Source: Octopus sinensis
Lineage: Eukaryota
DNA: 64,000 nt
NCBI RefSeq assembly: GCF_006345805.1
Contig: NC_042998.1
Location: 96,410,001-96,474,000, forward strand
Reading direction: 5' to 3'
In this document: one piece after another, positions 11,340 to 23,189 of the stretch
Numbering within the stretch: position 1 is the first letter of the stretch
Layout: the number at the start of each line of letters is the position of its first letter
Program-made: the position numbers and the translations under genes
The notes under the pieces: generated by a model
The model's input: the letters and a program-made list of their open reading frames with translations, nothing else
Databases searched by the model: none
Told to the model about the DNA's origin: nothing

Positions 11340-11695
11340 TGCAGAGGTCGACTTTGCCTCTATCCTTTCGGGGTCGATAAATTAAGTACCAGTTAAGTAC
11401 TGAGGTCGATCTGATCGACTCACCCCCTCCCCCCAAAATTTCCGGCCTTGTGCCTAGAGTAGAAAAGAATATTATGAAGGCGGTGAGCTGGCAGAAAGGT
11501 TAGCACGCCGGTCGAAATGCTTAGCGGATTTCATATGTCTTTACGTTGTGAGTTCAAATTCCGCCGAGGTCGACTTTGCCTCTCATCTTTTTGGGGTCGA
11601 TAAATTAAGTACCAGTTGCGTACTGGGGTCGATCTAATCGACTGACCTCTCTCCCAAAATGTTGGGCTTTGTGCCTAGAGTAGAAAAGAATATTT
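11340..11695 (+). mobile_element. SINE family A dimer (partial plus full copy)
   Basis: Two cores, each ending in the tail ccttgtgcctagagtagaaaagaatatt. Confidence 0.85.
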
Positions 11696-11704
11696 AAATA
11701 TTCT

Positions 11705-12075
11705 TTCTTGTATTTTTCCCCTGTTTCAGTCACCGAACTACGGCCATGCTGGAGCACCGCCTTGAAATTTTAGTCAAATGAATCGATCCCAGTAACTTTT
11801 TAAAATCTTATTCTAGTGGTCTCATTATTCTGATGCTACGGAACGCAAACACACCAACACCGGTTGTCAAGCGGTGGCCGGGGGACAGACACAGATACAA
11901 AGACATACACACACACACACACATATATATGGCTTCTTTCAGTTTCCGTCTGCCAAATCCACCCATAAGGCTTTGGTCCGCCCGAGGCTATAGTAGAAGA
12001 CACATGCCCAAGATGGAACGCAGTGGGACTGAACTTGGAACCATGTGGTTGGGAAGCAAGCTTCTTACCACAGTC
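11705..12075 (-). mobile_element. SINE family B
   Basis: Reverse-complement match to 56986-57372 with internal (CA)n/(TA)n. Confidence 0.8.
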
Positions 12076-12129
12076 CACTTCTGCTGATTTACGCTGTAAT
12101 GCGCATAAAAGAGATACTATTTAATTAAT

Positions 12130-12340
12130 GATCTCAAATTTTTTCCACAATGGCAGCTTGGGGGAGCGGATTATGTCGATTACATGACCCCAGTATGTAA
12201 CTGGTACTTATTTAATCGACCCCGAAAGGATGAAAAGCAAAGTCGACCTTGGCGGAATTTGAACTCAGAACGTAGCGACGGGCGAAATACCGCTAAGCAT
12301 TTCGCCCGGCGCGCTAACGATTCTGCCAGCTTGCTGCTTT
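12130..12340 (-). mobile_element. SINE family A
   Basis: Near-consensus core cgaccccgaaaggatgaaaagcaaagtcgacc...gaatttgaactcagaacg. Confidence 0.85.
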
Positions 12341-12564
12341 ATACTGTTTAATTACCGACGAGCCGTTATTCGCAAAGATATGTGAATAGGCTAACTATCA
12401 TAGTTCTGAGGAACGCTCAACAAACAGTGAAACTGCTCTGTAGAAGATGGCTTCCTCTTTCCTTCTCACGTAAATGCATAGAAAGAATTCCTTTATGTTT
12501 TTGGTTCAGGCCCTTGTAATATTTCAGTTTGTCGGGGTTTTTTTTCTAATCACACCGTGTTGGG

Positions 12565-12955
12565 CATAATATCGCATCCTTAAATCGCTTCTTTGGTCTA
12601 TGTGTGACTTTTTCCTTGATTAGCTTCCCAAAAAAGGTATTTTTAAGAATTCATCCACTTTCCATTCTGACACTATGACCAGCCGAACACATCTGGTTCA
12701 TTTTCTTTTCTTAGTTCTGGTGCTATCCACTTTCTCAAGTATAACAGCATCAGGTGTATAAGAAGACCATTTCGTGTTCAGGATGCGCCGGATACAATAC
12801 TGATGAAACCTGTCCAACTGCTTGATACGATACCTTTAGGTTGTTCACGCTTCTCGCCCATAGCAGGGCTGCAAGAACAAAGGTCTCATGCATAGAGAGA
12901 TTTGGCTTTCTTGTGATACCCAGTCTGACCTGACCTGCTTCTCGAGTTTCTGAAA
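12565..12955 (-). pseudogene. Decayed RTE-clade reverse transcriptase C-terminal fragment
   Basis: Frameshifted minus-strand translation ..YGREA*TT*RYRIKQLDRFHQYCIRRILNTKWSSYTPD..AGHSVRMESG*ILK..KKRFKDAI. Confidence 0.8.
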
Positions 12956-12959
12956 AGAA

Positions 12960-13056
12960 ACCATACATACACACATACACGCATACATACATACATACAT
13001 ACATACATACATACATACATACATACATACATACATACATACATACATACATACAT
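12960..13056. repeat. (CATA)n microsatellite
   Basis: Direct reading. Confidence 0.95.
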
Positions 13057-13096
13057 AAACGCATCATACATACATTCTTGGAACTGTCTGTCACTT

Positions 13097-13200
13097 CGAG
13101 GCTCGGCTGAAAAGTTCATAGGCTGACCAGGGTACTCTCGTGGAATGAGACCAAATGAGCTTTTATTTTTCAACATAGTCTCCTTTGCGATCCGCACATC
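13097..13200. mobile_element. Possible mariner-type terminal fragment
   Basis: cgaggctcggctgaaaagttcataggctgacc followed by tttttcaacatagtctcc resembles mariner left ends; no partner TIR seen. Confidence 0.35.
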
Positions 13201-13299
13201 TCTGTTGAATGTAAACATTTGCAAAGATGTTTCAGTGTTAATTATGGGCGTTTGCTCAACCAATCAACGAGTGACTCGATATGTTTATGTCTTACTTTC

Positions 13300-13460
13300 T
13301 TTATCTTTTCACAGACACCTTCTCAGTGCATATGCGATTCACAACCTCTACATATCCAAATATATACTGTTGTCTTCTTAACGCTGAGTGCAGCAGCAAC
13401 GGGTTCCCAATTTTTTTCATCCAGCAGCAGTCAGTATTTCGAGTTTCAAGTGCCTCCCTT
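13300..13460 (-). pseudogene. Possible Tc1/IS630-like transposase N-terminal HTH remnant
   Basis: Across one frameshift: KLEILTAAG / KNWEPVAAALSVKKTTVYIWICRG, resembling DWxxxAxxLGVKxxTxYxW HTH motifs. Confidence 0.35.
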
Positions 13461-13737
13461 TGATTCGCTGTTTGACGCTTCGTGAAATCCTAGTACTTGC
13501 AGTTTGTGACAAGCTATCGTTGCTGCGAAGGTGATTTTCGCCATCCATATGTTAACGCTACATTCTAGGCGTATACCAAATGACAAAATGAATTTAAATT
13601 CAAAATCTATCAGCGTAAGTACACACAAGTCAAAACAAAGATTTCTACAATATCTTATGTAGATAGCAACAGTTTAATTTACTCCGAGATTATTTGAATT
13701 TACTTTGTCTTCTTTCCTTCTTCACTATTTACTTCGA

Positions 13738-14340
13738 CTAAGGCGGTGAGCTGGTAAAAACGTTAGGGCGAAATGTTTAGCGGTATTTGGTCTGCCGTTA
13801 CGTTTTGAGTTCAAATCCCGCCGAGGTTGACTTTGCCTTTTATCCTTTCAGGGTCGATAAATTAAGTACCAGTTACGCACTGGAGTCGATGTAATCGACT
13901 TAATCCCTTTGTCTGTCTTTGTTTGTCCCCTCTACGTTTAGCCTCTTGTGGGCAATAAAGAAATAAGAAACGTTAGCACACCGGACGAAATGTTTAGCGG
14001 TATTTCGTCTGTTTTTATGTTCTGAGTTCAAATTCCGCCGAGGTCAACTTTGCCTTACATCCTTTCGGGGTCGATAAATTAAGTACCAGTTGCGTAGTGT
14101 GGTCGATCTAATCGACTGGCCCCTCCCCCAAAATTTCTGGCCTTGTGCCTAGAGTAGAAAAAATCGTTAACGCGCCAGGCAAAATGCTTAGGGGCATTTC
14201 GTCCGTCTTTACGTTTTGAGATCAAATTCCTACGAGGCCAGCTTTTCCTTTCATCCTTTCAGGGTCTAAAAAATAAGTACCAGGTGAGCTCTGTTGTCGA
14301 TGTAAATAACTTACCAACCTACCCCACCTGAAATTGTTGG
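13738..14340 (+). mobile_element. Head-to-tail array of SINE family A (three copies)
   Basis: Cores at about 13800, 14020 and 14215; junction gaaataag|aaacgttagcac at about 13966. Confidence 0.85.
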
Positions 14341-14439
14341 CCTTGTACCAAAATTTGAAATCAATATTAAAAGAGTTTTCATTGTAGCAAGCTGAAACGG
14401 ATGGTATCAACTTATTATTCCCTTTATTCCCTGCCCTCA

Positions 14440-15560
14440 AAATTGCTGGTCTTGTGCTTAAATTAGAAACCGAAAAAAAGTGGGTGGATTGGTAGAACTG
14501 TTAGAGTGTCGGATAAAATACTTTGTGGTGGTTATTCCAGATTTTTATAGTCTGAATTCAAATTCTGCTAATGTAATTTTTGCCTTCATCTCTGAGGAAT
14601 CCATAAAGTAAAGTCCCAATCAAATGCTGGAATCGATGCAATCGACTAATTCTTCCCATCAAAACCACCGATCTTTTAAATGCTTAGTGGCGTTCCTTTC
14701 AACTTTACGTTCCAAGTTCAAATGCCGCCAGGGTTGACTTTGCATTTCGTCCTTTCGGTATCAATAAAGGCTTCTCGGCCTTTTGGCTAAGATCAGAGTG
14801 AAGTAAGCACCAGTTGAGTACTGGGGTCGATATAATCAACTAACCCTCTCCACCGATACTACTGACCATGTGCCAAAATTTGAAACCAAATTTTAAAATT
14901 ATCTCTCAGGTGGTGAAAGGTGACGAAAATCGCTATGGCGTCAGCAAAATAAAATAATAAAAATCCTATGCATCAATTTGTTCCGGCTCTTTACGTTGTG
15001 GATTCAAAGCCCATCGAGGTCAATCGTGCTTTTTCACCCTTTTGGAATGGTTTGGAATTGTTAAGATACTGTAGCAAGGAAATACTGAGGGTAATAGAGT
15101 CTTCTTAGCCCCTCCCCTTAAAACTGTTGACTTTGTGCCTAAATTAAAAATTATTATTGATAGAGGTGAAGGTTAGCGAGCTGGCAGAACCGTTAGCACG
15201 CCGGACAAAATGCTTAGCGAAATTTCCTCTGTCTTTACGTTCTGAGTTCAAATTCCACCGAAGTCGATTTGCCTTTCATCTTTTCGGGACCAATAAAATA
15301 AGTAATGGTCAAGTAGTGGGGTTGATGTGATCGCCCCCGCCCCCCTCAAAAACCTCTAGCCCAGTACCACAATTTTAAACCATTATTTATTGGGCGGTGA
15401 ACTGGCAGAATTGTTAAAACATCGGACAAAAATACATTCTGGTATTCCGTTACGGTTTATTAAGTTCTGAGTTCAAATTCAGCCAGAGTCAAATTTACCT
15501 TTCGTTCTTTCCAGGGTCGTTAAAATAAAGTACCTGTCAAGTACTGGCTCAATATGACCA
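14440..15560 (+). mobile_element. Cluster of older, degenerate SINE A copies
   Basis: Repeated ttcaaattc/gtcgactttgcctttcatc-like cores at about 14550, 14715, 15000, 15240 and 15470. Confidence 0.65.
14770..14805 (+). pseudogene. U2 snRNA 5' fragment (tail-less retrocopy) inside a SINE A copy
   Basis: GCTTCTCGGCCTTTTGGCTAAGATCA (14770-14795) matches the conserved U2 5' end as I recall it; followed by GAGTGAAGTA, similar to U2 (A)AGTGTAGTA. Confidence 0.85.
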
Positions 15561-16127
15561 ACTACACTCTTCCATTCCCAAGAAATTGCTTATACAATTG
15601 TTTAAGAGACCCGACTCGAATTTTTTTTTTAATCACGTTCACCGTATTTGAAATCAAAGTTAATTTTTCATTAAATTATTCATTCCAATTTACTTGTGTT
15701 TATTTATTTAGTTGGTTGGTTAGTTAGTTATTCATTTATCCATTTATTTTTAAATGTTCAAGTTGCAGACTCTAGCTCAGAGTTTTTAGTTCGAAACTCG
15801 TTAATAACTATTTAGTTTTTCTTCCCATCTAGATTGCTAAAGGGGGGATATATTCCTTTGACATGTTGGGCCCGGTTGATGGTGACAGTAACTCGAACAG
15901 CAACCCGGGGCATCACATGCTTATGGGCCCCACATCATATGTTTGGATTCTTTTGAAATGAAAGGGAAAATGAAAATAATAAACAAACGCTTTATTCCTA
16001 TATTTGATAACATTTGATAAATACGGGGATGTACTTGCTGGCAGTGATTTCATCTGAGACAATGTGTTGAAGCTAAAACAATTACAGCATGAAGACATAC
16101 ATCAGTCACTCAAAAATATACATGGAT

Positions 16128-16535
16128 TCTTTTACTCTTTTGCTTGTTTCAGTCATTTTGACTGTGGCCATGCTGGAGCACCGCCTTTAGTCGAAGAAAT
16201 CGACCCCAGGACTTATTCTTTGTAAGCCTAGTACTTATTCTATCGGTCTCTTTTACCGAACCGCTAAGTTACGGGGACGTAAACACACCAGCATCGGTTG
16301 TCAGGCGATGTTGGGGGACAAACACTGACACACAAACATATACACACAATACACATATATACATATATACGACGGGCTTCTTTCAGTTTCCGTCTACCAA
16401 ATTCACTCACAAGGCTTTGTTCGGCCCGAGGCTATAGTGGAAGACACTTGCCCAAGGTGCCACGCACTAGGACTGAACCCGGAACCATGTGGTTCGTAAG
16501 CAATCTACTTACCACACAGCCACTCCTGCGCCTAC
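16128..16535 (-). mobile_element. SINE family B, full length, young
   Basis: Close reverse-complement match to 56986-57372. Confidence 0.9.
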
Positions 16536-16764
16536 GTTAACTTCAATTAAACATTTATTATTTCGTGTCAATATTTTCCTCACACTAACTGCAACCTGGT
16601 CATTGACATGGTCCCACTCTAACTGGTTTCGGTGAGGTTGTGTCAGTAATTAGGCCATAGTTATTGCAATTAAAATTTTGACACCAAATATTAAATGTTT
16701 AAGTGAAGTTAACAGTATTTTTGTGTTTTTGAATGGCTGACATGTCTCCCACACTATAATTGTA

Positions 16765-16920
16765 GAGGCGCGTGGCTTAGTGGTTAAGGTGTTGGAGTTA
16801 TGATCGTAAGATTGTTGTTTCAATTCCTGGACTGGGCGACGAGTTGTGTTTCACGTTGCTCCAGTTCACTTACCTGGGAAAAATGAGGAACCCTGTGATG
16901 GACCGGCGTCCCATCCAGTG
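16765..16920 (+). mobile_element. SINE family C-type head and body
   Basis: ggcgcgtggcttagtggttaagg...ttcaattcc...gttgctccagttcact...cctgtgatggaccggcgtccc. Confidence 0.65.
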
Positions 16921-18619
16921 GCAGCATATATCCAGTGGTGGTGGTGGTAGTGGTGATGGGGGTGTATGCGCCACAGAAACCAGAAAACAGATTCTATGAG
17001 TCAATATGACTCGGAAAGGATTTTCATTCTTTTTTTTTTATCCTATCCTTCCTTGCTATAATTGTAATAAAAACTTTGTTCCTAGATTCATTAAACTAAA
17101 ATATATACTTTATTGTTACGTTTAGAATTTTTACTCTTTGTGAAAATTTTAAAGAATATTTATGCCAAGGTACTGCATTTCAGCTTTCCAATGTGTCAAC
17201 AGCCCTAGGAGCAGTCTTGTCGATATGTATAACAATAATAATACACGAATCCCACTACAGATAAACAACACTGTTGTGGTGTAATTACAGGTAGAAACTT
17301 CTGTTGTCGTACAATTACAGGTAAAAATGTAATCCTATCGGGGTGTAATTACAGATAGACATCCTACTGGGATGTAACTGAAGATAGACACTTCTGTTGG
17401 TGTGAAAACAAAGTAAACATTTCCATATGATGTAAGTAGAAATGGAATCCACACAAATATTTTGTTAAGCACTTCATTTCCTGTTACATAATACAGCATT
17501 CTCCACACCAAAAAGTATTTTCGGTTATTGTTGCTGTTGTTTTGCACTGCGCCAGATTGCTACTATTGTTGTTGGTTCCCTGCATCCACTATCAAATAGC
17601 AGTTCAACAAGTTAGTCGAGGGAACCACTCTGTGGTTATTCATAGATTTCATTAATGATTTATGAAATCAATAGAAACAACTTAGAAATTAGAAACAAAG
17701 TTTATATATGATTATTAATAGGGGAATGTGGCCAATAAAGATAATACGCTAGTACTTTCCATAAAAGGTACCTGGTTCCTAGCCAATTTTATGGTTTAAC
17801 TTAAAATAGTTTTCCTGATTTAAGCTAAAGAGGATTTGTAATGCTGTGCGAACGGAAGTTCAATTTAAGGTGCAAGACAACATTAATGTCTTCTAAAATA
17901 TCCGCAGTTGCAACAGTCGCAATGTGCAAAATCTCATACACATTTTAATACAGTTAATATATTTGCCCGAGAAGAAATTACATTAAGTGAAGCAAAACTG
18001 TATAATTGGTGCAGAAGGTACAGTGATGGGTCAAATTCTTTTGTAGAATTTGGCATGAAATAATTTGTCGAAGGACACAAAGTGCCGCCTGGCCTGAGAA
18101 TCGAAGCCACAACCTAAAGAACATGAGCTGAACAACTTCAACCACTAAGCCACGTACGTTCACTCCTATGACTAGGTCACAAATAGAAGTCAATATCGTC
18201 ACCCTAAATGTTGATTATCAGATGGTTTGTCTCAGGTCTTGTCTAGAGATAAATGCTCTAAACCAATATTTGTCATTAGAGAGAGACAGACAGACAGAAA
18301 AAGAGACAGAGAGAGACAGACAGAGGGATAATGAGAGACTGGGAAAGAGAAACATACAGTGACTAAGAGACAGAGAGAGGGAGAAGAAGAGAGACAGAGA
18401 GAGGGAGAAGAAGGGAGACAGAGAAAGATACAGAGATTTAGAGTCAAAGTAATTGGTCCATACATTTTATAACATTATTGACTCTGGAGGTATGAAAACT
18501 GAAATCGATATCGTATAAATCAAAATATATGTCCAATAAGGGATACAGATTTCAGGACAAACGCACACATAAACACAAACACACACGCAGAGACACACGC
18601 AGACACACACACACACGCA

Positions 18620-18670
<51 letters not shown>

Positions 18671-18699
18671 GCACACACACACACACATATATATATATA

Positions 18700-18873
18700 G
18701 TCGAAATTTATAGAAAAACAAAAGATGAAAACAGGTGTATAAACAACAAGTAGTTTAACGCTCGGGAAAGTGAGAAAGCCTTTTACGTTTCGAGCCTACG
18801 CTCTTCAACAGAATGGAACACGAGGAAGTAAATAGAGAGAGAATTTTAAAAATCCTTGTGGATTTGGCGATCA
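18700..18873 (-). mobile_element. Short element E2 with variant hammerhead motif (18784-18811)
   Basis: Minus strand CTGTTGA-A-GAGC-GTAG-GCTC-GAAA-CGT-A; (TA)n on both flanks; homologous to 34040-34244. Confidence 0.65.
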
Positions 18874-19299
18874 ATATATATATATATATATAAAGAGAGA
18901 GAGAGAGGGAGAACGAGAAATGCACATTTATACATGTGCATATAAACATATACAAACACATGCATATATATACACATACATACATAAAAACTTACATAAA
19001 TACATACATACATACACACACACTTATATACACACAGATACATGCGTGCATGAACATGTATTTTTATGAGGAGGTCACAAAAAAATTATACTGTGGAAGA
19101 AGTGATTCAGCGGAAACTATGAATACAAGATGTAAAAAAAACCAAGAAAGTAAAAAAGAAAGCAAGAAAGAAAGAAAAACGAGCATTGAAAACAGTCAGG
19201 AAGCAGATAACACAATAGTCGAAATGTTCATAATGGTGGTATGTTTAAGATCCAATAATTCTATTTTATGCAGGAAGAAAATTCAGAGTATATACCCCA

Positions 19300-20700
19300 A
19301 AATGGTGTAAAAGGTTAGAGAGCAAGAACATCGATGCGTGACGACAAGAATTTAATAATTTTGGTTGAAAGTAAATTCATTCTGAAGAGAGAATGAAGAA
19401 TTTCTGGTTCAAACTCAATAAATATCTATCCGAAGTGCAGTCAGAATCTTGTTTATTCGGATTCGTATTTTATAAAACAGACCAGTGAATCTTAAAAGAA
19501 CTTTGCTCCAAATATTTTTATACATCCGCATGAAAAAGAAACAACTTTTATCCAGATACTTAAAAGAATTTCCATGCATGTATAATCATGTTTTTAATTT
19601 GTTCCCCGTTGATTTCGGGTACGCTTTGTACATACGACTGACGTTAATCTATTTTTGGCAATATACTTTCCCTTTGTTTAAGCAATTACCACCGAAGCAA
19701 CGGTTGCTGGGACTCATACATACAAATATTATTATTTTCACCTGAGAGCTTCTATTTAGTATTATATTGGAAAACAGAAGAGACAAATATTTTGCAATTA
19801 GAATAGTTATTAAATTTATAATTAGAAGAGATATTAAATTTAGAAATTTCCTAGCAAAATTAGACTTTACTGTAAGGGTGAAAGTTGGATTAATGAGGTC
19901 CTTTTCTATTCCCAGAGCTGCAAGAAGCAGATATATAAAGGATCTAATTTGAAAGAAAAACACTATTTAATAGCGCCTCGTTAAAATAAGACGAAACCGT
20001 GTAAAAGGATGAATTAAAAGATATGCTTACTTTTATTGGAAACTATATTCGGAAAATACCTGACGAGTGATTAGAGTAATTGCTAGTGTGGAATAAATTT
20101 TCGTTCGGCTTCCAATAAAGAAGGATTGAATCTACTCACCTTAAATCTAAAATGAGCCCAATAAAATTTACCATACTATGATCAGTTTCCATCATAATAC
20201 TTCTGAAGAACCTCACTAAATATTTACAATATCTCTTCACTTCATGACCATATCTTGAGGAACTAACAATCTGCCAATTGTATAAATTCCTGTCCTTAAA
20301 GTAAGAAATTCCTTCTACATAGAATCTAGAACGAACGTTTCTATAATAATTAAAATTAAAAAATGATAGCCCATCTCTGTCTTAGTCAAAATCGGACACC
20401 GAACATCCAAGATATATTTCTAGGAGGAAATGTGTTTGGAAAGCGTGATGTCCGCGACTGGAGATACGGCCGAGGATATCACAGCTAGATTTGGAAAAAT
20501 AGATAAAACCTGCAACATATTAGAGCTTGTCTGAAAAGCAAAGGCACTATCCAGAGGTGTTAAAATGAGAATTTTTCAATATCAAAAGCATCTTAGTATT
20601 TGGGATTGTGTCATGACGAATGAACGCAAATATCATCAGAAAGCTCGAATCCAATTTGTAACAGATGCTTAAGATAAGTCCTCGGCTTTAGGTGTTCAGG
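19300..20700 (-). pseudogene. Decayed Penelope-like element (RT plus GIY-YIG endonuclease)
   Basis: Minus-strand motifs in PLE order: SVTNWIR (~20655), FDIEKF (~20575), DRDGL (~20375), NFIGLILDL, YWKPNENL..SNH (~20100), YFNEALLNS, CFGGNCL (~19690), STGNKLKT*LYMH..SF, LLNSCRHASMFLLSN (~19340). Many stops and frameshifts. Confidence 0.75.
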
Positions 20701-21459
20701 AATTGTGAGCAATCAAAACACTAGGCCAAAGCCAAATGGATCCTTTTGGTCAACATTTAGCGAGACGTAAGTAGAGGTGTGTAAGACATACATCTATAAA
20801 ACCAGAGGAACGTTCGGCAAGATAAGCTTAGAGTAAAACACAGAGGATAAAAGAAAGGGAATACTCCCGCAGATCATCCAGAGGCGATGGCCCGAAGATA
20901 CACTAAGTAGAAAGAGTAAGAACTAGACAGAACCTGTTAGAACACTGTTGTGGATAGCCGGTGTTTTGCTGAAAACCTAAACGGGCAGCAATGATAATCG
21001 TCATATACAGCTCAAACCATCGACAACCCAGCGACATCAAGCAGCTCCATTACCATTTTTATTAATCCGGGAGGAATTATCGAAAAACGAGAGGTTTTCT
21101 GCCGCGCGCGCGCGCGCGTGTGTGTGTCCGTGTGTACACAGGAAGTTGTTTATTATAATGTGAGATAAAGTTATCAAGCAGTTATTTAGATCAAAAGTAA
21201 TAGATCCTTTATTTAAAGCTACTTAAAAATACTTATAACCTCCTTTCCTAATCCAATACCCAGATAACGTTATATCCTTTGCCTTATGTGATCGGCTGGT
21301 TATTATTATCACTATAAATAAGGTTTTATACCAGATGGATCACAATAAACGGCTTCGGTTATCTACATTGCACAGTATGCATTTGGAAACGCAATAATTC
21401 TGTTTAGTCAGTATTTTACTTCTAATTTAAACTGTTGCTTACAAACGAAAAATTCTTTG

Positions 21460-21779
21460 ATATATACTTGCTTATGTGTGTGGTATATATGCATACGCAC
21501 ATACACACATACATACATACATGCATACATACATACATACATACATACATACATACATACATACATACATACATACATACATAATACATGCATACATAAT
21601 ACATGCATGCATATATATATATATGTGTGTGTGTGTATGTGCATGTATGTATGTATGTATGCATGCATGTATGTATGTATGTATGTATGTATGTATATAT
21701 GTATATATGTATGTATGTATGTATGTATGTGTATGTATGTGCGTATGCATGTATACCACACACATAAGCAAGTATATAT
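21460..21779. repeat. About 320-bp imperfect palindrome with (TACA)n/(TGTA)n arms and unique termini
   Basis: The left end atatatacttgcttatgtgtgtggtata(t)atgcatacgcacatac is the reverse complement of 21735-21779; centred on (AT)n at about 21620. Confidence 0.9.
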
Positions 21780-21970
21780 ATATGTGTATATATTAAACAG
21801 CATGAAATACGAAAATAAATGCTTTCATAACGATACGCAAACAACGAGAGAAACAAATAGAAAACAGGACAAGTAACATAAAAAACGACCCTTCATCAGT
21901 TATTGGGTGTCTTTCTACTGCTCATTTCGAGCATTGAACGACAAAATAAGGGGTACACACACACACACAC

Positions 21971-22010
<40 letters not shown>

Positions 22011-22031
22011 TTATATATATATATATATATA

Positions 22032-22155
22032 TAGCCACCTAACGGGATGATTGGTCAAAACATTGATGACGTCCCGTTCTGCTGGACTAGCCACCTAACG
22101 AGATGATTGGTCAAAACATTGATGACGTCTCGTTCCGCTGGACTAGCCACCTAAC
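22032..22155. repeat. 56-bp tandem repeat, 2.2 copies, each full unit with ATTGG and TGACGTC
   Basis: tagccacctaacgggatgattggtcaaaacattgatgacgtcccgttctgctggac; units start at 22032, 22088 and 22144. Confidence 0.95.
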
Positions 22156-22766
22156 AGGATACAGTCATGGATCAGATCTAATTTCAATCCGTCAAAAACA
22201 AGGATGACGTATTTCTTCCGTGGCCAAACTGTCGTTCTGCTTGGTTGGTTTCCTAACAGGATATATTCGTTGAGACTGAGTTTTGATTGGTTGGGAACTA
22301 TATGACGTCAGTGAAAAATGCAAGTGAGACAGCTAAGCTGAGCCGATATAAACCCAAACAATTCCCAAAATTCACCAAAACTATACGAACAGACACCAAC
22401 CAAAAATCATTACAGTTGCTCCCATTGGAACACAAGGTAAAATCTAAAATGAATTCCTCGCTTTTTCAAGAACATGAATTTTTTATATTTGACTCTATTG
22501 AATGCATATCACCACTATGAACTACTACATCATACCCTTTAAACATATAGCATGGACTCGCTTTACTATATATGAATTTTTTATATTTGACTCTATTGAA
22601 TATTATATATGAATTTTTTATATTTGATAGCATGAACTATCTTTTTTATATATAATTTTTTTTGATAAGGTTCGTCATTTCAAGAACCGAAACATGTTAA
22701 ATAAATAATGTATATATAAAAATTAAAATTTGTCTAATATAGCAGCATTTTCAAACTTCATTTTTT

Positions 22767-22804
<38 letters not shown>

Positions 22805-23103
22805 CTCAAATACAAAAGCATATAACCGGACATAACATCAGATGTCTTTCGACTAAGGACGAATCGAATTAAGCTGGCGTGTGTAGAAGTGAAGCCTTAC
22901 GGCAGGGACATAATATATGAGAGGCATGGTGAGGAATATAGATGTTGCACGGATGGCAGTCGAACCAAGAAAAAAAGATCAGGTTTGGCCGTGCGTTATT
23001 GTCCAATTTTTGGTATTCCTTTTTATATACATGTAGCGGGGTACGTACACTTGGTCTCATATGTAAGTACATATATGTGTGGTGTGTGTGTATACATACC
23101 AAC

Positions 23104-23177
<74 letters not shown>

Positions 23178-23189
23178 TATATATATTAT

